DNA of 64,000 nt from Protoeuglena noctilucae (taxonomy: Eukaryota): positions 1,426,001 through 1,490,000 of the forward strand of contig OY253669.1 in the NCBI GenBank assembly GCA_958009085.1. Direction: 5' to 3'. The notes below the pieces were generated by a model. That model saw only the letters and a program-made list of their open reading frames with translations. It had not been told where the DNA came from and ran no database searches. Within the stretch, counting starts at the first letter, position 1, and each line of letters starts with the position of its first letter. A program made the position numbers and the translations under genes. Of this stretch, positions 51,801-61,219 are shown piece by piece.

Positions 51801-54800
51801 CTCCTGGCCAAGCTCCACGAGATGGGTGAGGCAGGCTGTTGCGACAGTGCATGGGCGGCCCTTCGGAAGCTGACTTGGGGCACCTGTCATCTAACTGCCA
51901 AGCATCGCTTTTCGCCGCCATCGTCTCTTCGTAAAATGCGTCGTTTGCACGTCTCACACCCCGCACTAGGACAGCACACCGTATCTGCCGTCTGAGCGTC
52001 TCGCCCTTCATACCTCTTGCACAGATGTGGACGCGTTTGTGGGGCACAACATCAGCGCCTTTGACCTCGACATCCTCCTCCACCGCCTCGCCAAGCTCAA
52101 GGTCCCTCTGTGGAGCCGCGTGGGCCGCCTGCGCCGCGCCCGCGCCCCGTCCCTGTCGCCGTCGGGTGGCGGGGCCTTTGGGGGTGGCGCCAGCCACGGC
52201 GTCATGCAGGCAGTGGCGGGTCGCATCATCTGCGACACTTACCTGGCCGCCCGCGAATTCCACGGCAAGGAGGTCGACTACACGCTCCGCACGCTCGCGC
52301 GCTCGCTCCTGGGCGAGTCACGACCGGACGTCGACCTCTCGGACCTCCCCCGGCACTACGCCAGCGCCCGCGCCCTGCTCGACGTGCTCCGGTCGTCCGT
52401 CATCGACTGCCGCCTGGCCCTCGGCGTCGCCTTCCACCTGAACGTGCTCCCGCTGACGCGCCAGATTGCGTGTCTGACGGGGCACCCGTGGGCCAGGGTG
52501 CTGCAGGGCAACCGCTCCCACCGCATCGAGAGCCTCCTGCTGCACAAGTTCCACGAGCGGAAGTTCATGCTTCCGGACAAGCTGACCGCCAAGGAGAGGG
52601 AGGCGGAGCAGGGGCGCAAGGGCGGCAAGGGCGGCAAGCGGGGGCGGGGCAAGGGAGCGGGGGCCCAGGGGGCGGGGGTGAAGGACGAGCCGGCGGAGGA
52701 GGGCGCGATGGACGGCGGGGACGTGGAGGGCGAGAGCGACGGGGAGCGGGAGGGCGGGGCGGGGTCGGGTCGCGCGAGGCGCAAGCCGGCCTTCTCTGGC
52801 GGCTTCGTGCTGGAGCCCAAGCGCGGCCTGTACGACAAGTTCATCCTGCTGATGGACTTCAACAGCCTGTACCCCAGCATCATCCAGGAGTTTAACATTT
52901 GCTTCACGACCGTCGCGCGGCCTGCGGAGGGCGAGGCCGTGTCGCTGCCCCCGAGCACCGACGACCCCGCGCCGCTGCCGACGGTGATCCGCGAGCTCGT
53001 GGAGCGCCGCCGGCACGTCAAGCGCCTGCTCAAGACGGAGCGAGACCCCCTCACGAGGCACCAGCTGGACGTGCGACAGCTCGCCCTCAAGATTACAGGT
53101 CCGATGCGAGCAGGGCTGCAGCGCTGGACCTTGGTGGCATTAGGACTGGGTGCAGTGGCTGGCTCCTATGCCCGGCCGCCTCGATCGCTGTTGACATCTG
53201 CCCTCGCCCTCGCCGCAGCCAACTCGATGTATGGTTGCCTCGGCTTCACGTCAGCGCGCTTCTACGCCAAGCCCCTGGCTGAGCTGGTGACGGCGCAGGG
53301 CCGGGAGATCCTGCAGTCGACCAAGGACCTCGTGGAGAGGTCGGTGGGCCTGGAGGTGGTGTATGGCGACACGGACTCCCTCATGGTGTACACGGGTGAG
53401 GGCATGGACAGGCCTTGTTCGATGGCATGGATCTTCTCGTTTCTACTTCTGTCTCGCACCAGAGGCGACGTCATTACACAAAGGCTTTTGCTGCTATTGG
53501 CATGCGAGTTGGCGCCTCTTGGCTCAGTTTAACATCGCTGACTTCGGGTCTCGTCACGTCCTTGGGCCTCGCAGGCAGCGAGGACTTGGTCGCGGTGCGC
53601 AAGGTGGCAGACGAGATCAAGCGCCTGGCAAACAAGCGGTACAAGCTGCTGGAGCTGGACCTGGACGGCATCTTCAAGCGCATGCTGCTGCTCAAGAAGA
53701 AGAAGTACGCCGCGGTGTTGGTCGAGCAAGGGCCGGACGGGAAGCTGACGGAGCGGATCGAGAAGAAGGGCCTGGACATCGGTGAGGAGTTTGCTTGTAG
53801 TCTTATCATGGAGCTCAGCGGGCGCGCCTGCTGCAGCCGTGGCCTGGGTTCAAACGCGCCCACCATGCCGGGCACGCCCCGCAGTGCGCCGCGACTGGTG
53901 CCCGATGGCCAAGGAGGCGGGGGAGCGCGCGCTTGCTGAGATCCTGTCCGACAAGCCGCGGGAGGAGGTCGTGGGCGCGATCCACGCCATGCTGGCGGCT
54001 CTGCGGGCGGACCTGGACGCCAACCGCGTCCCGCTCAACAAGTTTGTGGTCACGAAGCAGCTGACGCGGAGGCCGCAGGAGTACGCGGACGCAAAGAACC
54101 AACCGCACGTGCAGGTGCGGGTCCTGGGAGGGAGCGGAGGCAGCTTGCAGCGCTCCGGCTGTGGCTGTAGGTGGTCGGGGGTCACCGGCGCACATGGGAT
54201 GCTGCCTCTTGCAGGTCGCGTTGCGGCGGATCCAGAAGGGGCGGCTCGGGGGCACGAGTCAGGGCGAGACGGTGCCGTACGTGGTTTGCGTGGGGGTGGA
54301 TGCGGAGACGGGAGCTGTAAAGGGTGACGGCAAGCAGCCCCTGGCGGAGCGCGCTTACCACCCTGAGGAGGTCCGCGAGAGCAACGGCGCGCTCGCCGTC
54401 GATATCGACTTCTACCTGGCGCAGCAGGCGAGGGCCGGCGTGGCTGATGGCTCCTGCAGGGAATCGCTGATCGCGAGTGGGATGGGTGCACGCGTGATGT
54501 GTGCATGCATGGTTTCCAAACCCTCGCTCGTGCAATCGACATTCCTCGTCGACGCCGACGCGTTTCCTGGTTCGCTTGCCCCGCAGGTGCACCCCGTGGT
54601 CTCCCGCCTGTGCACGCACATCGACGGCACGGACCCCGCGCACCTGGCACACCACCTGGGCCTGGACGCGAGCAAGTTCCACGCCAGGCCCGCCGCGACT
54701 CCCTACAGGTGCGGAGCTATGCAATGCTTATGCACGAGCCTGACAGCAACCGTGGCCGTGGCTACAACACTGCCACGCTCGCCACCATTGCGTGACCCTG

Positions 54801-55878
54801 GAGGCTGCTGACAAGCTCCAGATGCCCCCCACCTCGCCTCGACGAGCCCTATATCAACGCTCTTGCAGTTCGGATGACGTGTTCTTGACCGCCAAGTCTT
54901 TCCTGGAGGACGATGCGACGTTCGAGCGTTTCCCTGCCCTGACTCTGTCGGGCCCCGAGTCAGGGCCCTTCCCCTTCCGGGGGGTGGCCGCGGTGCTGCG
55001 CGGGGAGGTCGCCGCGGCGGACCTCCTGCGGCCGGCCAAGGGCGCGGAAGGAGCGGGTGAGCAGCATGGTGCATGGGTTGTTTGCCAACACTGCTGCACG
55101 GTGCCTGTAATGGCCAGCAAATGACGGTCGTTTCCCCGCTCGCTCGCACCGCCCGGCTGACACTGTGCCTCACGCACCCGCGCCGTCCCCGCACGCAGCG
55201 GTCGCGCCCGTGCCGGCCTGCGCCATCGCCAACGCGGCGTGTGCGTGTGTGCGCTCGGTCCATCGTCAGTTCTACAAGGGCCTTCTGGTCAGCGAGCGGG
55301 AGGAGGAGGTCGGGCAGGTCGCCCGCGACGTGTCCCTGCGGCCAGACGAGCACGGGGCCGTGGGTGCTGCCCCCCGCGGGTCAGACATCCGAGGCCCGAT
55401 GCTGCCGGCGCTTGGCGAGCGAGACGTGTACCTGCACTTCAAGCACCTGCAGCGCCAGGTAGACCCCCACGTCGCCGCCCGGCTGGCCTTCCCCAAGGAG
55501 TCCCACAAGGTGAGCGTTGGGGTGCAGGACGCGCCACAAAGGCGTTGCGGGATGCGGGGTCGAGTTCGCCTTACTGCCCGTGACCACGCCGGCTCTCAGT
55601 GCAGCCCTGACATGGTCATCGGCCTGCCATGGCCGCTCATGTGTGCGACGCCACGTGTACTGCCTTCCGCTGGTCATAGCACGTATCACACACGTATCGT
55701 GCTTTGCTCTTCTCAGGAGCGGGAGGACCGGGTGGCCCGGGCTTTCAGTGGTCCCCAGGGCGCCGCGGTGCTGCGGGCGCTGGAGCAGGCGTCTGCCGTG
55801 GCGCGCGCGGCTGTCGAGAAGTGCGCCTACCACCATGTGCAGCTGGGGTCGCTCTTTGCACGGATGGGCATGCGCTGA
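48812..55878 (+). CDS. POLA1: DNA polymerase alpha catalytic subunit
   Basis: N-terminal VDEDEY..WIVDDDGRGY; KRNYAFE; VGHNISAFDLDILL; GGFVLEPKRGLYDKFILLMDFNSLYPSII; ALKIT|ANSMYGCLG; VYGDTDS; KKKKYA; KGLDI|VRRDWC; YLAQQ|VHPVVSRL; about 16 introns. Confidence 0.97.
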
Positions 55879-56057
55879 AACGCATGGGTGACGAGAAAGC
55901 CACACGGACTCGCACGACGGTAGATGGGGCTGCTGGACTCCTAGCTAGTGAGCCTCTGACTTGAATGAAGCTCGATACTTTCAAACCCCGCTGTGTGATG
56001 TAACGCACGGCCGAATGCCACAGCCTAACTCAGCGCCAACCACCACTGCCGCCCCCG

Positions 56058-57572
56058 TCACCCACCCGCCCTCCTCAGCGCGGCTTCCAGGCACCTCAGC
56101 CTCTTCGTTGCTGGGCTGTCCCTGTCCCCACCGCCCACAGCTTCCTTCACAGCGCCCCCTCCGTCACCTCCCCGCCCGTCCTTGCCCACCGCCTCCGTCA
56201 CCCTCCCCTCTGCCCCACCTGTCCTTGCAGACTCCTGACCTTGCGCCTGCCCTTCTCTGCATCTCTCCACGCCTCCCCCGCCAACTGAGCCACCCCCGTC
56301 ATCGTCGCTCTCATCCAAAACCACCACACCGCCCGCCACGCCTCCGCGCCCTGACTCAGCCGGAGGGCCCTCCGAATCCGAAGACACCACGACCACTGCC
56401 CCACCGCCTGACTTTCCCTGACCCAATGACACTCCAGCACCCGACGTCGGCTCTGGCGGCCTCTCCCGCGCCGTCAAGCTATCCCCGTGCGAGAAGTACG
56501 CGTCAATGCCCTTCCCAGCCCTGACCGCAGCCCCCTGACTTGCTCCACCGCCACCCCTGACCCCGCCGTCCGCCCTCCCCGCCATCGCCGTGTCGGTTGC
56601 CGTCTCATCCCACCCAGCGCCGCCCTGCGATCGCCCCACATCGGCCATGTATCGCACCGCACCCCAAGCTGGGCCACTGCTCAGCCTGCGTTGCCCACGC
56701 GCCCCACAACAGTCACCTTGGCAGTGCCCTTCCGTTTGCGCTGGCCGTATCCCTCCGGCTCTCGAGTCTTCACGTACGTCCCTCCGCACAGGCGCTTGTG
56801 GACGTGGTAGGTGCATTGGGGGTCCCTGCAATTCTTGCCGAGCCGACCCCGGCAGTCCGCCTCCTGGGGAGGTCGGTTCATGGCCCGCCGGACCTGATGG
56901 CCGCACCTGGTCGAGGGTAACGGGGCCACGCGGAGTTGGTTTCGATCAGAGCACCACTGGAAGCCCGTCGAGGGATGCGTGCGCACTTGCCCACTTCCCA
57001 CACCCACCTCTGGCAGTCCCACCAGTGCTGGCGATAGTGCTCAACCTCCTCGTGCATGCTGTGATAGACGGTGACGTGGTAGCCGCCGGGGGGCCGGAAG
57101 GGGTCCGCAGGGTGGTGGGACTCGTTGATGCGGATCATGATGCGCTGAAACTCCGTCCCATGATCGCCATCGTCGCGAATGCGGTGCAGAAATATAAAGG
57201 CATGGATCATCTCGTGAAGGAGCGTTTCCTGGACGTCCTTGGCGGGGCGGTACTTCAGGAGGGGCTCCGAGAGCCGAATGCGGCACCCGCCGTGCGCCTC
57301 GTCGTTCCCCCGGGACGCGCGCTGGAACTGACACGTCCCGGCCACCAGCGTCATGCGCCCGGTCGACCACTCAACGCTGCAGGCGCCCAGGCTCGACCTG
57401 CGGGAACCGCGCGGGGAGATGTGGCCGCGAGGCGTGTGTGAGGGGCGACAAGTGCGGCGCGCCGAGGCAATGATCCCGCGCTGCTCGATGCGCCGCATGA
57501 TCCTTACTGGAAGTACAGCGCGTTGTATGTCTGGAAGAGCTCGTGGATGTCCGGGCAGGGCGCATCATCCAT
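56058..57572 (-). CDS. SPRTN: SprT-like DNA-protein crosslink metalloprotease (Spartan)
   Basis: PDIHELFQTYNALYF | VEWSTGRMTLVAG..IRLSEPLLKYRP..ETLLHEMIHA (HEXXH)..HG.EF..VYHSMHEEV..QHWWDC | VRRAMNRPP..HKRLCGGTYVKTREPE. Confidence 0.95.
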
Positions 57573-57924
57573 CTCAACTGCGCCCTAGGCTCGATGCGTC
57601 GGGGCGCCAGGCGAGCGATGCCGAGACCTCGGCTAGATGACACGTGACCGCGCCGGTGCCTCCGTTCGCTCAGTCTCGGCGGCGCTCAGTCTCCGCGGCT
57701 TGTGTCCCCATGCAAGCTTCTGACGCCAACCCTGGCGCCATCACCCGTCGGCTACAAGCCCTCCTGGCCCTGCCCTGGCTTGCCATGTGCATCTACTAAC
57801 CTCTGGGCGTGCGTTGGTGTTAAGGGGAGAGTTGCAGTCGTTAGGAGAATCATTAGGTCGGAGCTTAAGGACAAAAAAGAGCTCTTTGGATGGTTGAAAA
57901 GCCATGCATTGATATTTGTGCGAC
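57573..57924. promoter_or_regulatory. Divergent intergenic region between SPRTN and MAEA, with a duplicated GCTCAGTCTC(G/C)GCGGC element
   Basis: About 350 bp head-to-head; direct repeat at about 57668-57699. Confidence 0.4.
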
Positions 57925-60087
57925 ATGACGCAAGACGAGCAGCGCGGGAAGCTTATTGACGCCCCGCTGATCCAGGTGCGGACCGGGAGTTGCAACGTCC
58001 AAACTTTGGGTCTCTCTGCCGCGACGGGGCGCGCACAGCCCCCTGCTGGCCTCGCAGCGCACACTATCGCTACGTTGCGCGCGTTGGGCGGCTGGGACCG
58101 CGAGTTGTGGCCCACGCGCGCACGGAGGGCGCCACGCGCACCCAGACGGTTCCTGGCGTCCCCGCAGGTGCCGCTTGAGAGCCTCAAGCAGACCTGCCGG
58201 GAGCGGAAAGTAGCCATCGATGCTGTGAACCGCGTGCACGACGAGGTGAGCCACGGTGCTGGCCGAGCCCAGCACGCTCTGCGGTCTTTGCGCTGCTGAC
58301 CCGTGCTTCCCTCGTGCGCCCGTCAGATCGCCAAGGCGGGGCCGAGCGATTGTCGGAGGGCCATCGATGACGCCATCGCCTGCCTGGAGAAGGCCAAGAC
58401 CCGGCTGGAGGAGGTGCGACGCCCACAGCTCTTTCGCCCTGCGTTCCATTCATGTGCCCCGCTTCCACGTTTGCTCGTCGCCAACTGCACCCCCGCGTGC
58501 TTCTGCAGATCAAGCGGGCCGAATCGGAGGACATGAGGCGGTGCAGGGCGCGGCTGACACACCTGCGTAACCTTGGCGACTGCCCGAGGGAGGGGACGAT
58601 TGCATGGAACAGGCGCCGCATGGACGTCATACTCGCCGACTACATGCTGAGGCGAGTGCCACGAGGCGTGTCGCGAAGGCGATGGGGTCCTCGACAGGTC
58701 ACTTGCGTGTGATGCGCACAATCTCTACCCCTGCTGCTGAAGGGCTGTGTGGCGAGGCACCAAGGCGCCAACCCCTCTTGAGGCGTTGTGTTCGCGCAGG
58801 TCAGGGTATTTGGAAAGTGCCCAGGCGCTCGCTTCGGACCGGGACATGGAGGACCTGGTGGACCTACGGTTGTTCAGCGTGGCCCACAGCGTGGCGCGGC
58901 AGCTGGAGGCGCGGGACTGCCGGGCGGCGCTCGAGTTCTGTGCGCAGAACCGCGCGCGGCTGAAGAAGAACAACAGCAGGCTCGAATTCCGGCTCAGGTA
59001 AGCCACCTGCGATGGGGCGCTGCGAGGGGGCGCAGCGTCCCGAGCGCTGCGTGCGAGCGCAGCGTACGCTGCAGCGGACGCGGGGCGGCCCTTGCGCTTG
59101 CCTGGTGTTCGCGAGCGTCTACAGTTTCATTCATCGGCTTTTGGGGTGAGATCTCGGGACCTCCCTGGGCGATCCCGGCCACCGGCCCGTGGCTCTTGCA
59201 GGGTGCAGGAGTTCGTGGAGCTGGTGCGGAAGGGGGAGAGCAAGCAGGCCATTAAGTACGCGCAGAAGTACATGGCGCCGTGGGCGAAGGACAACATGGC
59301 GGAGTTCAAGCGGGCGGTGGCAGCCATGGCGTTTGGGCCAGGGACGCCGTGCAAGCGGTACAGGCGAGGGCGCACCGCCGCGATCGGAGACGGCACGGCT
59401 AAGTCGTCGAGCTGTGGAGCGCGCACACTCAACATGCGTACCGACAACCACGTGCGGGTCGTCTTTGCCGCGGACAGGCAAACGAGCGTGCGCGTTGGCT
59501 GCCGGCCCGTGTCGATGCGCCGCACCCCACCTCGCCTGCAGGGATTTGTTCTCCGACGAGGCCTGGCCGCGGCTTCGGAACCTCTTCCTCCTCGACTTCT
59601 ACCTCCTGCACTCCCTCCCGCCCGTCAGCCTTCTGCAGATCCACCTGGAGGCAGGGCTGTCTGCACTCAAGACTCCCGAGTCGTTCCAGCCGGGCTGCAG
59701 CAAGGAGGACCCGCTGCACCTCCCAGCCTTCCAGAAGCTCGCGCAAGACCTCCCCTGGTCCAAGGTAAGAGCTTGGGCGCGGAACGCAGCGCGGCGCGTT
59801 TTGTGCGTCAAGACTGTCGGGCCTTTGGACGCGAGCGAGCATCTGACGTGCTGTGGTGGAGCTTTGCGACTCGTCGGCACCCGCAGCACGTGCATTCGAA
59901 GCTGGTCTGCGCGCTGACACACGAGGTGATGGACGTGGACAATCCGCCGCTGGTGCTCCCGAACGGGCGGGTGTACAGCACCAAGGCCGTGCAGCTCATC
60001 GCGGCCAGGAACGACGGCAACATGGTTTGCCCGGAGACGGAGCAGGTCTTCCCTGCCACCGAAGCAAAGCGCCTGTACATCGTATGA
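57925..60087 (+). CDS. MAEA: MAEA/Gid9 subunit of the CTLH/GID E3 ligase
   Basis: LIQ|VPLESL; LisH region RMDVILADYMLR|SGY; CTLH region ALEFCAQNRARLKKNNSRLEFRLR|VQEFVELVR; AGLSALKTP; HSKLVCALTHEVMD.DNPPLVLPNGRVYS..CPET. Confidence 0.95.
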
Positions 60088-61219
60088 GGGCCCCGCTGCG
60101 CGCCGGGGGCCGCATGGGCGCAAGGCACGTCCGCTGCACAGGTTGAAGGTATGGGCACCGCTCGCAAAGGCGTCTTCGCAGCAAAGAGAGGCCCCACCGC
60201 GCGCCACATGTCGCGAGGGGACGTATCGGGTCGTGTGGGATGCCTCCCGGCCCCCCAAGCGTCTGCCGAGACGAGCCGGGCTTTATTGCGTCGCCGAGGC
60301 CAGAGGACGCTGCTTTTCCTCGCGAGAGCCGGGAACCCTTCAGGGTAGGGTGGGTCACTTTCGCCAGTTGCCTAGGGCTCCCCGACGAACTGCAGCCGAC
60401 CCAAGTCTCCCTGGTCCCCCAAGATCGCGCCCATCGCGCTACGCGGGAGTTCGCCCGCCGCGCGCCCGCAATTGGATTGCCCAGCCGCCGTCGGGGAGAT
60501 TTGGACCGTCATAGCCCGGGTGACGTCCCTGCCTCGGAGGAACAGACCGTGTCTCTCCGGCTTTGTGATTTGAGTATCGCCGGGCCATCGCGACACGCCT
60601 AGCGCGCGCGCATCGGGGGGTTTGGGGTCCAACGGCCGCCAACTCTGGGACACGCATCGACCGGGAGCTCCCCCCGCGTCTCTTACTCCTCCCTGCGACA
60701 ATTGGGTGAGTGCGGATGCCGGGCTGGCTTTGCGCGGAGATCGGCCGCGGGGGGGCCTGCCGCCCACTCTCCGCCCGCCCCGCTGCCCTGGGACGGCCTA
60801 CCCTGACCGCCACGCCATCCATCTCTGCGCTATGCATGCATATCGTGCTGCTGACCTTGCCCGCGAGGTCGGACCTCGTCGGGATACGCCATCGGGACTC
60901 GCGCACTCGCCGCAGGTTTTGCGGCAGCCCTCTGGGCGAAAGCCTCCCTCGCTTGCGGGGACAAGATGCTTGACGCCAGCGCGAAGCCTGCGGGGCGCGA
61001 ATGGGGGCCGGGTTTCGACGAGGTGACGCCGCAGCTGCGGTGTTGGGGGTCGCGTCCCATGGCCCGTGCGCGCGCGACGGGGTCATCTTTATCGTTCCCG
61101 CGAGCCAGAGTAGCTTGATTTGGTTCCGTAGAAGGGATGTGGGCCGTCAAAGGCAACAATTGCCTCCGCGCCGCGCCTTCCCGACCGGCCCCATCTCCCA
61201 CCGCCCCGGATCCCCGCAG

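Noticed and set aside
48812..55878. Family B polymerase as a Polinton or endogenous giant-virus gene
   Set aside because: It has Pol alpha-specific N- and C-terminal motifs and many introns, and there is no integrase, capsid gene or TIR nearby.
48812..57572. POLA1 and SPRTN adjacency as a replication/repair cluster
   Set aside because: They are convergent with no shared promoter; chance adjacency is sufficient without synteny data.
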